Made by a program: the position numbers and the translations under genes
Assembly: GCA_020440705.1 (NCBI GenBank)
Contig: JAGRNP010000001.1
Span: forward strand, 51,787 to 115,786
From: a bacterium
GTDB taxonomy: Bacteria > Krumholzibacteriota > Krumholzibacteriia > LZORAL124-64-63
DNA: 64,000 nucleotides
Direction of reading: 5' to 3'
Shown: positions 41,624 through 51,591 of the stretch, one piece after another
Numbering within the stretch: the first letter of the stretch is position 1
Layout of the letters: the number at the start of each line of letters is the position of its first letter
Notes under the pieces: model-generated
What the model was told of the DNA's origin: nothing
The model's database searches: none
The model's input: only the letters and a program-made list of their open reading frames with translations

Positions 41624-42091
41624 TCAGCCCGTGAGGTCGCGGTCCCAGGTGCCCAGCCACGAGCGGACGCGCACCGTCTCGCCCGGCGCCGGCTGCACGT
41701 CGTCGAGGGACTCCTGCGCCAGGTCGATCCGCCAGCTGCCCAGCCACTCGCCGTCCTCGAAGGCCACGGCGACGACGATGCGCTCCGCCACGAAGCCTTC
41801 CAGGAAGGCCATGGCCTCGTCGTAGAAGCTGCCGGGATCGTCCGACCCGTCCGACCCGAAGCGGGTGTGGAAACTCTCGCCGAACCCGATCGAGATCTCC
41901 CACTCGCTGGTGGTGATGAACAGGCCGTGGCTCGAGCCGTCCCTGGGGCGCGGCACCTCGACGAGCAGGGCCTCCTTCTCGAATTCCTCGTACGGATCGA
42001 AGCGGGACAGGCGGTGCCACTCGGGCCAGCGCCGGAACAGGCGCATGGCGAACTGGCGGGAATGGTCGTTCAGGTTCTGCAGGTCGAGCAT
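41624..42091 (-). CDS. Hypothetical protein with no recognisable domain
   Basis: Starting at the internal Met (M28, GGAG upstream) gives 155 aa, MLDLQNLNDHSRQFAMRLFRRWPEWHRLSRFDPYEEFEKEALLVEV... The composition is normal (W/F/E/D), unlike the surrounding spurious ORFs. It sits between the PilZ-like gene and the DAG kinase on the same strand. Confidence 0.45.
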   Translation of the reverse strand: MLDLQNLNDHSRQFAMRLFRRWPEWHRLSRFDPYEEFEKEALLVEVPRPRDGSSHGLFITTSEWEISIGFGESFHTRFGSDGSDDPGSFYDEAMAFLEGFVAERIVVAVAFEDGEWLGSWRIDLAQESLDDVQPAPGETVRVRSWLGTWDRDLTG

Positions 42092-42247
42092 CAGCGCACT
42101 CCGGGAGCGGTGCCAGGGAAGCGGGAGCCGGGGGGGTGCCATCACGGTAAGCCCGGCCGGGGATCCGGTCAACCCGGCGAACGCCTGCCGGTGCCCGAAA
42201 AAAAGCGACCGCCGGGCGGTCGCGTCCGATGGCGGTCCGGGGCCGGA

Positions 42248-43546
42248 TCAGACGCCGGCCACGTGGATGCGTTTGGCCAGGCGGGCCCTCTGCTCGGCGA
42301 GGACGTACTCCCGGATCGCGTCCAGGGCCCCGCGGTCGGCGTCCTGGGAGATCAGGAACTCGAGCCCGACCTCGAACCGCCGCGTGTTGCGGTCGACGAG
42401 GCGGGCCGTCGAGCGCCGCACCGCCGACAGAAGCACCAGGGGCGCATCGCGGTCGGGGAAGTGGATGTGGCAGCTCACGCAGCTGTTCAGCTCGACGGCC
42501 TCGAGCCCGGGTTGCTCGTCGGCGACCAGGCGGGCGCCGCTGAAACTGAGGTCGGCCATCTCGCCGACGAAGAGGGGCGGCGCGGCGTGATCGACATCGT
42601 TCCAGGGCGACGCCATCTCGTCGTTGCGACGCAGTTCGACCCGGATCGCATTCTCCAGCGGAATCCGGAAGGCGAGCCGCTGCTGCGAGATGAGCGCGTG
42701 CTGCGGCGCCTGGAAATACGCCACCGGAATGTCGGCGCCGGACTCCAGGGTGTGGTATCCGCGCCCGAGCAGCACCAGGGGGAAGCGCAACGAGCGGTCG
42801 CGGATGCCCACCGAAGCCCACAGCTCCTGGCCCACTTCGGGAGTCGGCGGCTGGGACGTGCCCAGTTCGACCACGAAGGTCAGGCACGGTTCGCCATCGA
42901 GGGTTCCCGGCCCGAGGAGCAGGCCGTGCCAGGGCGTGTCCCGGTCCCCGCCCGTCTCCAGCGCCACGTCGACTTCGACCTTGCGCACGAAGAGGAGGAA
43001 GTTCTCCATGGCCAGATGGGAATCGATGCGGTCGCGCGACTCCCACCCTGCGGGCAGGTAGCTCGACTCCATGGCCGTCAGGTAGTCGCCGCCCCGCGCA
43101 AGCTCGAGCTCCAGGCGCGACGGCGCCTCCGTGAGCAGGAACAACTGCCCGACCTCGGTCTCCAGCCGGAGCCCGAAGCTGCGGCGGCCGCGGGAGATCA
43201 GCGTCGTGGGGCCGCCATCCAGGCCGGTCACCTCGCCGCGGGGATTGCGGGCATCGAGCTTGCCGAGCAGCAACCGCAGATAGGTCGCGGCGAAACTCTC
43301 GTCGGTGCCGCCATCCGCGCCCGCCCCCACGGCCATCACGTGGTCCCGCAGGGCCGCGTCCATGCCCATGTGCACCCGCTGCAACGGCCCGTTGCGGATC
43401 TGCAGTTCCGCGTGGGACGGGAAGGTGAGGCTGCCCTGCTGGAGCAGGGACACGCCGTAGCCCAGCACCGACAGCCCGCAGCTCTCGTGCAGGGCTTCCT
43501 CGCCCGCCTGGATCATCGCGTTGAGGGACTCGAAGAGCATGGACAT
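42248..43546 (-). CDS. Hypothetical protein with a C-terminal PilZ-like (c-di-GMP-binding) domain
   Basis: Start taken at MSMLFESLNAMIQAGEEALHE (GAGG upstream). The C-terminal ...VELRRNDEMASPW...GEMADLSFSGARLVADEQ... resembles the PilZ RxxxR ... D-x-S-x-x-G motifs. Confidence 0.5.
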   Translation of the reverse strand: MSMLFESLNAMIQAGEEALHESCGLSVLGYGVSLLQQGSLTFPSHAELQIRNGPLQRVHMGMDAALRDHVMAVGAGADGGTDESFAATYLRLLLGKLDARNPRGEVTGLDGGPTTLISRGRRSFGLRLETEVGQLFLLTEAPSRLELELARGGDYLTAMESSYLPAGWESRDRIDSHLAMENFLLFVRKVEVDVALETGGDRDTPWHGLLLGPGTLDGEPCLTFVVELGTSQPPTPEVGQELWASVGIRDRSLRFPLVLLGRGYHTLESGADIPVAYFQAPQHALISQQRLAFRIPLENAIRVELRRNDEMASPWNDVDHAAPPLFVGEMADLSFSGARLVADEQPGLEAVELNSCVSCHIHFPDRDAPLVLLSAVRRSTARLVDRNTRRFEVGLEFLISQDADRGALDAIREYVLAEQRARLAKRIHVAGV

Positions 43547-43757
43547 CCCCGCCTCGCACGGGTCGGAAATCGGTTCCGGAGCGCCCCCGGCGCCCGCCTG
43601 CACACGTTCTCCCCGTTACCATCGGCAGCAAACCGGCCGGGTTTACCCCCGGATCGCCGAACCGGGCCCTTTGCCCGCATTCCCCGTGACCGGGCGGCCG
43701 ATCGGGCCTATCATGGGCCCGTTTCCCGACCCGGACCCCGCCCCGAAGGAGCGCCCC

Positions 43758-45791
43758 TTGTCCCCCAGCCCCCATTTCGACGGCCGACTCGGCGCGCGGC
43801 CCGTACCCGGCGGCGTCCGCTTCGCCCTCGACGCGGCCCCCGGGGGCGGCGCCCGCCTGCTCCTGTTTCCCGACGCCGACGCCGCGCTCCCCGACCGGGT
43901 GATCGAGCTCGATCCGCAGCGCGACCGCCACGGCCGCGTCTGGAGCGTCGTGGTGCCCGACGCCGGCCCGGGTCAGTGCTACAACTGGGTGCTGACCCCG
44001 CCCGGTGCCGTCGCGCGGCCCGTGCAGGCTCTCCTGGACCCCCGCGGACTGGGTGTCGCCGGCTGGAACCGCTACGACCGGCAGGCCCTGCGCAAGCTGC
44101 CGGACAACACCCCGGTCGCCCTGCGCAGCGTGGTCCTCGATCCCGACGCCTACGACTGGGGCGACGACGCCCCCCCGCGGACCGTCGGCCGTGAGTTCAT
44201 CTACGAGGTGCACGCCGCGGCCTTCACCGCCGATCCCTCGAGCGGGCTGGCGCCCGACCTGCGCGGCACCTACGCCGGCCTGGCCGCGCGGGCCGACCAC
44301 CTGGTCGAGTTGGGCGTCACGGCCGTCGAGCTGCTGCCGGTCGCCGCCTACGACCCGCTCGACGCCCCCGCGGGCCGCCGCAACTACTGGGGCTACAGCC
44401 CGCTGTCGTGGTTCGCGCCGCATCCCCTCTACGCCCGCGATCCGGACCCCGCCCGCGTGCTCGACGAGTTCCGCGACATGGTGCGCGCCCTGCACGCCGC
44501 GGGCCTGAAGGTCTACGTCGACGTCGTCTACAACCACACCGCCGAGGCGGGCGCCGACGGCCCCGAACTCAGTTGGCGGGGCTGCGACGAGGACGGCTAC
44601 TACCTGCGCGACGCCGCGACCGGCCGCTACCGCGACTACACCGGCTGCGGCAACACGATCAGCGCGAACCACCCGGTCGGACGGCGGCTCATCCTCGACT
44701 CGCTGCGTTGGTGGGTGCGCCACCTGCACGTCGACGGTTTCCGCTTCGACCTCGGCGCGACCCACGTGCGCGACGTGGACGGCGCGCCGCTCGCCCGGCC
44801 GCCCCTCATCGGAGCCATGGAGGCCGATCCCGTCCTCGCCGACACGCGCCTGATCGCCGAGCCCTGGGACACCGGCGGCCTGCACCTGGTGGGCGACTTC
44901 CCCGGCGACCGCTTCGCCGTGTGGAACGGCCCGTTCCGCGACGCGGCGCGGCGCTTCCTGAAGGGCGACGCCGGCGTCATCGAGGAACTCATGGCCCGCA
45001 TCGTCGGCAGCCCCGACCTGCTCGGCCGCCCCGGCGCCACCGCCGCGGACACCATCAACTTCGTGACCTGCCACGACGGCTTCACCCTGCACGACCTCGT
45101 GTCCTACGAGCGGAAGCACAACGAGGCCAACGGCGAAGCCAACCGCGACGGCTCCGACGCCAACCTCAGCTGGAACGGCGGCGTCGAGGGCCCGAGCGAC
45201 GATCCGGAACTGATGGCCCTGCGCGAGCGTCGGGTGCGCAACTTCCTCGTGCTGCTCTTCCTTTCCCACGGCGTGCCCATGCTCTGCGGCGGCGACGAGT
45301 GGGGGCAGACCAGACGGGGCAACAACAACCCCTGGTGCCAGGACAACGACCTCAACTGGCACGACTGGAGCCTCGCCCGCACCAACGCCGGACTCGTCGC
45401 CTTCACCCGCCGCCTCGCCCGGCTCGCCAACCACCATCCGGTCCTGGCGCGCCGCCGGTTCTGGTCCGCCACCGGTCCCGGCCACACCGGCGACATCGCC
45501 TGGCACGGCCGCGAGCCGGGCCGGCCCGACTGGTCGCCCACCTCGCGTCATCTGGCCTGGGAGATCGTCGAGCCCACCGGTGGCGCCCACCTGCTGGTGG
45601 CCATGAACTCCGAGCCCGGACCCACGACCTTCCACCTGCCCGCGCCTCCGGCCGGGAAGCGCTGGCTGCGGCTGGTCGACACGGCCGACGCGGCGGCCGG
45701 CGGCTGGTGCGAACCGGCCTGCCCCGAACCGGCCGCGGCCGCGGTGGCGGTCGCCACGCACGGGGTCATGGTCTGGCTTGCGCAGAGCTAA
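43758..45791 (+). CDS. glgX: Glycogen debranching enzyme GlgX (isoamylase, GH13)
   Basis: A TTG start preceded by GAAGGAG (7-nt spacer) gives LSPSPHFDGRLGARPVPGGVRFAL... The alternative is the ATG at 43713 (M65 of the track ORF). ...YWGYSP...VYVDVVYNHTAE...GFRFDLG...EPWD...FVTCHDGFTLHDLVSY.... Confidence 0.85.
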   Translation: MSPSPHFDGRLGARPVPGGVRFALDAAPGGGARLLLFPDADAALPDRVIELDPQRDRHGRVWSVVVPDAGPGQCYNWVLTPPGAVARPVQALLDPRGLGVAGWNRYDRQALRKLPDNTPVALRSVVLDPDAYDWGDDAPPRTVGREFIYEVHAAAFTADPSSGLAPDLRGTYAGLAARADHLVELGVTAVELLPVAAYDPLDAPAGRRNYWGYSPLSWFAPHPLYARDPDPARVLDEFRDMVRALHAAGLKVYVDVVYNHTAEAGADGPELSWRGCDEDGYYLRDAATGRYRDYTGCGNTISANHPVGRRLILDSLRWWVRHLHVDGFRFDLGATHVRDVDGAPLARPPLIGAMEADPVLADTRLIAEPWDTGGLHLVGDFPGDRFAVWNGPFRDAARRFLKGDAGVIEELMARIVGSPDLLGRPGATAADTINFVTCHDGFTLHDLVSYERKHNEANGEANRDGSDANLSWNGGVEGPSDDPELMALRERRVRNFLVLLFLSHGVPMLCGGDEWGQTRRGNNNPWCQDNDLNWHDWSLARTNAGLVAFTRRLARLANHHPVLARRRFWSATGPGHTGDIAWHGREPGRPDWSPTSRHLAWEIVEPTGGAHLLVAMNSEPGPTTFHLPAPPAGKRWLRLVDTADAAAGGWCEPACPEPAAAAVAVATHGVMVWLAQS

Positions 45792-46062
45792 ATGGTTGGA
45801 AAATTGCGGTATTGATGGCACCAGGGCGCCAAAATTTGCAGCACCTGGATCATTTTTCCTGCAACTTGGCTAATATTTCTTTCCAAACGTCAGAGATTCT
45901 GATACTGTCTCCCGCGTTGCAGTTCCGGGGAGGCTAATCCCGAATCCTGCGTCAGAATCGACATCCGTGACCGACAACTCGCTGCCTCATCTCGCCGATT
46001 CGCCCAGCCTCCCCCACTGCACACCCGGCCCGGTGCCCGCATCGGACGGAGACTGCAACGAG

Positions 46063-46097
46063 AAAAGCCGCCCCCTTCGCCCGGGGCGGCTTTTTTT
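46063..46097. terminator. Bidirectional intrinsic terminator (A-run, GC stem, T-run)
   Basis: AGAAAA GCCGCCCC cttcgccc GGGGCGGC TTTTTTT. It lies 45 nt after the tamB stop on the minus strand, and at the right end of a low-GC intergenic island on the plus strand. Confidence 0.65.
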
Positions 46098-46141
46098 GGC
46101 GACTCGACTATTTGCGACTCGCTTTTTTGCGTCTCGGCCTT

Positions 46142-49100
46142 CTAGTAGCGCTTGCTCCAGCGCAGTTCCAGTCCCGAGTCCTCCTCACCCTGCCCGTAGG
46201 TCGAGACCAGCTTGAAGATCCGCGTCAGGGCGTACTCCATGGTCAGGAAGTAGGTGCCGCTCTTCTCGAGACTGTGGTTGTACTTGAGGATCAGGTTCGG
46301 CGCGATGAACTTGCCGACCATGAGGGTGCTGTCGCCCTCGGATCCCGAACCGACCTCGACCATGTCCACGCCGAAGGTCTCCGAGACCGAGTTCTGCAGT
46401 CCCGCGGTGCCGAAGACCATGGCCAGGGCCGCCATGTTCTGTCGCAGCTGCTGGCCGGCGTCGCCCTCCTGGCGCACGCCGCCGCGCTGGTCGGTGTCGA
46501 GCTCGTTCATGGGCCGACCGAAGAGCAGCACCGCCACGATGTCCTGCTCCTCGTACTCGGGCTCGGAGCTCAGCGTCACCTGGGGATCCGCCGCCGTCCC
46601 GGTCACCGCGATCCGCACGAGGGTGCCCGAGACGTCGGCCTCGAGCAACATGTCGAGCACCGGATCGGCGGGCACCGCGCCGTGGAAACCGATGTCCCCC
46701 CGCTCGACGCGGAAGACCCGGTTCATGAACTGCAGGGTGCCTTCGACGGCCCGCACGTCGCCGACGATCCGGGGCTGGGGACGGCCGTCCTCGTCGTGAC
46801 CGCGGTCGACCTGCAGGTCACCCGCGAGCTCGACGTCCAGCCCGTAGCCGTGGACGCGGAAGTTGCCCGGAATGGTCACCTTCAGGTCGAGGTCAGGCAG
46901 CACGGCCGGTCCCTTGGCTTCCAGCACGGGTCCCTTCGCCTCGGGCCGCACGAAGACCGCGACCGTGTCCGCCGCCGCCGCTCCCGAGTCGGCCGCCGCC
47001 AGCGCCCACAGCGCCGGCTGCCCCTCGGTCGGATGCAGCGCCTTCGGGAGCTCCGGAATGCGGAAGAACGCCGACGGCACTTCGATCGTCCCGCTCACGC
47101 GCGGGTCGGCCAGCGGCCCCGCAAGCGCGATGTCCGTGCGGAGCTCCAGCCGCGATCGGTACGGCAGCCGGATCTCGAGCTTCGGCGTGGCGAGGCGACC
47201 GTCCACGGTCCCCGTCAACCGGGGGGCCTGTTCCGTCGCCAGCGAGTCCGCCCCGGCCCCATCGCCGCCGTTCGCGACGCCGACCACGGCCGTGGCGGCC
47301 ACCGTGAACAGGCCGGACAGGGACACATCGTCGGGCAGCAGCCGGTTCAACCGGGACAGGCCGAGCTGCTGCTCGGGCACGTCGAGCCGGGTGGGGCGAT
47401 CGGGGTCCATGAGCCAGCGCCCGGTCTGCGGGTCGAGCCGCCCGGGCACGACCAGCCGCGCCGCCAGTCCGGCGGTGTCGGCCGAGACGATCGCCATGTC
47501 GGCCACGACGCCGGCCGAGTCGCCCGCAGCCAGGGAGAACGTCAGGTCGGCCCCCAGGTTGGGCTCGTCCCGGTGGGGCACCAGGCGCACCTGGGCGTCG
47601 CCCGCGAGTTCGGGCGACCGGCGCGTTCCCGACACGGCGAGCGACGCGTCCACGGTCACGTCGCGGCCGCCGTCCGCCGACCAGAACTCCGCCGGGGCCA
47701 GGCGCTGCAGGAGCGCCTCGGGCAGATCCAGATCGACCAGGGCGGTCAGGGCCAGGGTGTCGCTCCGGGCGCGCGCCGTCAGTTCCACCAGACCCGGTTC
47801 GCCCGTGAGCGCCAGGGTGGACACGTCCAGGTCGCCCGGCTGCGGTCCGTGCACGACGCGCACGGGCTCCCGCAGCCGGATGCGGTGGTCGCCGTCGGCC
47901 ACGACGAGGCTGTCCAGGCTGAGGGTCCGCACCGGCGCGAGACCCAGCGAATCGACATGGGCCGAGCCGGCGGTCTGGGCGCGCAGGGCCCCCGACCAGA
48001 CGCCGACGGCGAAGTCGGCCCGCAGGGAATCGCCGGCGCTGCGGGCCACGTCCAGGCCGACGTCCAGGCTGTCGAGGCGGGTCTCGCCCCAGGCCAGCCC
48101 TTCGGGCAGATGCAGTTCGAGCCGGCCGCCATCCCGCGTGCCCCGGGCCGCCAGCCGCAGGGCGGGCAGACTCGCCTCGTCAGTGCGGAACCGCCCTTCG
48201 CCCTGCAACGACACCGTCGGATCGAACAGCGTGCCGGCGGCCGCGAGCCCCACCCGCAGGGAGACGGTCCCGGAATCGACCCGGGCCGCCGCGCGGGGCG
48301 CCAGGATCTCCGCCAGGCGGGTCCCCTCGAGACCGGCCACGAGATCGAAGTCCAGGGTGTCGGCGACGAAGCGGCCCGCCGCCGCGATGCTGGCCCCCTG
48401 CCAGGCCAGGGCGAGGGTGTCCAGCTGCACGACCGCCGAACGGCGGTCGCCGGCCATGACCTGCTCCACGTCGGCCCGGCTGGATGCCACGAGCCGACCC
48501 GCCTCGAGCCAATCGGTCGCCCCGAGATCGAGATCGACATCCACGGCGATCAGGGGTCGGGCCACGTCGGCATCGACGCGCAGCCGCCCGTGCAGGCGGC
48601 CGAACTCCTCGGCGGGGAACCCGGCGGGCAGGAGCACGGCCACGTCGGCCGGCCCGGGCAGCACGAAGTCGCTGACCAGGTGCCCGGCCAGTCCGGCCGC
48701 GGTCCGCTCGAGGCGGCCGGTGTTGTGCAGCTGCAGCGGGCGCCGGGTCCGCAAGCCTCCCGCACCGCTCTCCGGCGACGGCGCGCCCACCGCGCCGACG
48801 TGGTCGAATTGCACGTTCAGGCTGTCGAGCCGCGCGGCAACGAGGCCCTCGTCGCCACCCGCGTCCGACAGCGAGAGCCCCACGCCCAGGTGGCCGAGCA
48901 CGATCTCCCAGGCTTCCCCGGTGACGCTGTCGAGCAGGGCGCTGCGGAAGGTGCCGCCCAGGTGCCGCACGCGGAGGCGCCCCTCGTGTCCCGCGCCCGC
49001 CTCGACCTCGGTCCGCAGCACGACGTTCCGCACCTGCTCGGTGGGCGTGAGCCGCGCCCGGCCGAGGGCGAATCGCCCGTCGCCGAGGGCCAGCGAGGGC

Positions 49101-49624
49101 ACGCCCGGGATGGCCCCCGGCCGCGGGAAGGTGGGCGTCGCCGCGGCCGTATCGGGGGCCGCGCTCGCGCTCGTGTCGGCGAGCGATCCGAGGAGCTCCA
49201 CCGAGGCCGGTGCATCGAGCCACCGGACGTCCACCCGCAGCGAATCGATCCGCACGTCCTCCTGTCTGAGGGCCTGCAGGTCGCACCAGAGCTCGAGCCG
49301 GGCGAGGTCGAGCAGGGTGTCGGCGGCCGCGCCCCCCGTCCAGACGACGTCCGTCAGGCGCAGATGCCCCAGCTCGGGCCAGGCGATCTCCCCCACCGCG
49401 ACCTCGCCGGGCAGTCGGGGCGCCGCCATCTGCAGCGCCGCGCCGGCCAGTCGCGAGCGCACCCCGCCGCTCTGCAGGACGGCCCCGACGAGCACCGCCA
49501 CGGCCACGATCGTCCACATGATCGCGACCAGGCCGTAATGCCCCGCCCGCCGGGCGATCCGCACCGGCCGCGAGCCCAGCACGCGCCCCGCGGCGCCGCC
49601 CCACTGCCGCATCCGGCTCACCAT
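46142..49624 (-). CDS. tamB: Translocation and assembly module subunit TamB (AsmA-like/DUF490)
   Basis: Start at MVSRMRQWGG...YGLVAIMWTIVAVAVLVGAVL (N-terminal TM anchor). It is a long beta-rich protein ending ...LILKYNHSLEKSGTYFLTMEYALTRIFKLVSTYGQGEEDSGLELRWSKRY, typical of the TamB C-terminal domain. It overlaps the upstream tamA stop. Confidence 0.8.
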   Translation of the reverse strand: MVSRMRQWGGAAGRVLGSRPVRIARRAGHYGLVAIMWTIVAVAVLVGAVLQSGGVRSRLAGAALQMAAPRLPGEVAVGEIAWPELGHLRLTDVVWTGGAAADTLLDLARLELWCDLQALRQEDVRIDSLRVDVRWLDAPASVELLGSLADTSASAAPDTAAATPTFPRPGAIPGVPSLALGDGRFALGRARLTPTEQVRNVVLRTEVEAGAGHEGRLRVRHLGGTFRSALLDSVTGEAWEIVLGHLGVGLSLSDAGGDEGLVAARLDSLNVQFDHVGAVGAPSPESGAGGLRTRRPLQLHNTGRLERTAAGLAGHLVSDFVLPGPADVAVLLPAGFPAEEFGRLHGRLRVDADVARPLIAVDVDLDLGATDWLEAGRLVASSRADVEQVMAGDRRSAVVQLDTLALAWQGASIAAAGRFVADTLDFDLVAGLEGTRLAEILAPRAAARVDSGTVSLRVGLAAAGTLFDPTVSLQGEGRFRTDEASLPALRLAARGTRDGGRLELHLPEGLAWGETRLDSLDVGLDVARSAGDSLRADFAVGVWSGALRAQTAGSAHVDSLGLAPVRTLSLDSLVVADGDHRIRLREPVRVVHGPQPGDLDVSTLALTGEPGLVELTARARSDTLALTALVDLDLPEALLQRLAPAEFWSADGGRDVTVDASLAVSGTRRSPELAGDAQVRLVPHRDEPNLGADLTFSLAAGDSAGVVADMAIVSADTAGLAARLVVPGRLDPQTGRWLMDPDRPTRLDVPEQQLGLSRLNRLLPDDVSLSGLFTVAATAVVGVANGGDGAGADSLATEQAPRLTGTVDGRLATPKLEIRLPYRSRLELRTDIALAGPLADPRVSGTIEVPSAFFRIPELPKALHPTEGQPALWALAAADSGAAAADTVAVFVRPEAKGPVLEAKGPAVLPDLDLKVTIPGNFRVHGYGLDVELAGDLQVDRGHDEDGRPQPRIVGDVRAVEGTLQFMNRVFRVERGDIGFHGAVPADPVLDMLLEADVSGTLVRIAVTGTAADPQVTLSSEPEYEEQDIVAVLLFGRPMNELDTDQRGGVRQEGDAGQQLRQNMAALAMVFGTAGLQNSVSETFGVDMVEVGSGSEGDSTLMVGKFIAPNLILKYNHSLEKSGTYFLTMEYALTRIFKLVSTYGQGEEDSGLELRWSKRY

Positions 49625-51471
49625 GGATACCCGATCCCGAAGTGCCACAGTTCGCGCGGTTCTCCGGCGACCTGGTCGGCGATGTTGCGGGCGAACCCGA
49701 CGCGGAGCGGCCCGATGGGGCTGCGCAGCGACAGGGCGACCCCCGCCGCCACCGGGAACGTGCCGAGATCCACGTCGCCCACCTCGGCCCAGACGTTGCC
49801 CCCGTCGACGTAGACCGCCCCCTCGAAGAGCCAGGGCAGCGGGAAGCGCAGTTCGCCGCTCAGCAGGAGCACGACTTCGCCGCCGCGCGGGTTGCCCGCA
49901 TCGTCGCGCGGCCCGAGGGCCCGGCGCCGGTAGCCCCGATGGGAGTTGTAGCCGCCGGCGTGGTAGCGGCGGTTGGCGATGACATCGCGGTCCGACTTCA
50001 TCGAACGCGCGATGCCGGCCCGCACCCGCGGGGAGAAGACCAGTCCGCGTCCGACACCGAGATAGCGGGCGGCGTCGACCTGCGCCGCCGAGTAGGGCAC
50101 CTCGGACACGAGCCACGGCTCCGACGTGGTGAGCGAGACCTTGAGCCAGCCGCCGCGCGACGGGGCGATGGGATCGTCGGTGCGGTCCCACTTGCGGTCG
50201 ATCCAGAATTCCCACAGGCGGCCCTGGGCCTCGGGGGTGTCGGTGCTGTCGGCGACCTTCTCCTTGATCCGGTTCTCCGAAACGGCCGTGCCGAGGTTGA
50301 GAATGTCGCGCCCCCGCGGGCGGAAGCTCTGCACCAGGGCGAGCCGGTACTCGAACGACTCGTAGGCGTCCTCGTCCTCCACGATGCGGTCGAGGGAAAG
50401 CTGCGTGCGGGCGCGGGGCGAGAGCCAGCCGAGCCAGAACAGGCCGGCGCCGAAACGGCTTTCATGGGTGGCGAGCTCGCCTCGCAGCAGGTAGCCGACG
50501 CCGCCGCCGAAGCGGTTGCGGTCGACCCAGTCCGACTTGATCATCCAGGGGTTGTCCGACCACGTGCCGATCGCCGCGTCCCAGCTGCGCATGCGGCCGT
50601 TCTCCAGGTGGGCCGTCAGCAGCAGCTCGCCGGGCGCCGTCTCGGTCGTCTCCAGTTCCACCCGCCGGAAGAGCTGGGTCAGGCGCAGATCCATGGCCGC
50701 GTCGGCCAGCCGCCGCTCGGCGTACTCCGTGCCCGGCGCGATGTCGATCACGCGGTGGGCCAGGCCGACCAGATCGTCGCTGCACCCCTCCACCGCGACC
50801 CGCGCGATGCGGTAGCGATCACCCGCCGCGATGGTGTAGTCGACGCCCGCGCGCCCGCGGCCGAGCGGCCGCAGATCGTGCCGCACCGCCACCTTGGCGA
50901 AGCCCCGGTTGCGCAGGTAGGTGCGCAGGCCGAGCTGACCGGTGGCCAGGTCCTCGTCGGTGACGATGTCCCCCACGGCCAGGATCGCGGCACCAGTGGT
51001 GTCGGGCACGGCGACGCCGTCCGGCCAGCCCGCGTAGGTCAGGGCCCCGACGCGCACCGGGTCGCCCGGGTTGACGTGGATCACGAGCCCCAGCTGCCGC
51101 TTCTCGCGCGAAACGGCGACCGCCTCCGGCACCGGTCCCGCCGCGGGGTAGCCCCGGGCGGCCAGGAAGAGCCGGATGCGGGCCAGATCCTCGGCCAGGG
51201 TGCGGGCGGCGAACGGAGGGCGTTTGCGGCCCTGCAGCAGTTTCCACTGGCCGCTGAGGGCGAGGCCGCGTTCGAGATCGCCGCTCAGGGCCGGCGGCGC
51301 CCCCTCGAGGCGGAACGTCGTCAGTTCCCAGCCCCGGAACCCGCCCCAGTCGGTGGTGTCGGCCGCATGCGCGCCGGCGTCCCGCCCGATGGCGGGCAGG
51401 ACGCAGCAGCAGCACAGGACCAGCAGTCGGATCCGCGCCGCGCGGAAGCGGGGAAAGCGAAGGTGCGGCAT
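49618..51471 (-). CDS. tamA: TamA/BamA-family outer membrane protein (POTRA domains plus an Omp85 16-strand barrel)
   Basis: This is the real 617-aa part of the chimeric 1106-aa ORF. MPHLRFPRFRAARIRLLVLCCCCVLPAIG (signal peptide) ... and the C-terminus ...GPLRVGFARNIADQVAGEPRELWHFGIGYPW has an Omp85-type ending. Confidence 0.8.
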   Translation of the reverse strand: MPHLRFPRFRAARIRLLVLCCCCVLPAIGRDAGAHAADTTDWGGFRGWELTTFRLEGAPPALSGDLERGLALSGQWKLLQGRKRPPFAARTLAEDLARIRLFLAARGYPAAGPVPEAVAVSREKRQLGLVIHVNPGDPVRVGALTYAGWPDGVAVPDTTGAAILAVGDIVTDEDLATGQLGLRTYLRNRGFAKVAVRHDLRPLGRGRAGVDYTIAAGDRYRIARVAVEGCSDDLVGLAHRVIDIAPGTEYAERRLADAAMDLRLTQLFRRVELETTETAPGELLLTAHLENGRMRSWDAAIGTWSDNPWMIKSDWVDRNRFGGGVGYLLRGELATHESRFGAGLFWLGWLSPRARTQLSLDRIVEDEDAYESFEYRLALVQSFRPRGRDILNLGTAVSENRIKEKVADSTDTPEAQGRLWEFWIDRKWDRTDDPIAPSRGGWLKVSLTTSEPWLVSEVPYSAAQVDAARYLGVGRGLVFSPRVRAGIARSMKSDRDVIANRRYHAGGYNSHRGYRRRALGPRDDAGNPRGGEVVLLLSGELRFPLPWLFEGAVYVDGGNVWAEVGDVDLGTFPVAAGVALSLRSPIGPLRVGFARNIADQVAGEPRELWHFGIGYPW

Positions 51472-51591
51472 GGGAGGCAGGATAGTCAGACCGGGTGCCG
51501 AAGTCACGCGGGAACGCGGCCCGGGGTGGTGGCCGACCGCCGGCGGCGGTACGATGGGCCCCAGCCCCGGTCGCCCGCGAAAGGAAGAGCC

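Noticed and set aside
41610-45821. 1403-aa minus-strand ORF, plus other >1000-aa ORFs (24789..29036 +, 24847..28659 -, 46112..49813 +, 49642..52752 +, 5618..7636 +)
   Set aside because: All are antisense to, or frame-shifted against, genes with strong family matches (glgX, PPDK_N proteins, tamB, tamA/cysteine desulfurase, fusA). They show extreme R/A/G/P bias and no domain signatures. Long stop-free antisense frames are expected at this GC content. Only the 3' portions of some chimeric track ORFs (kbl, ALDH7, typA, KaiC-like, tamA, cysteine desulfurase) are real.
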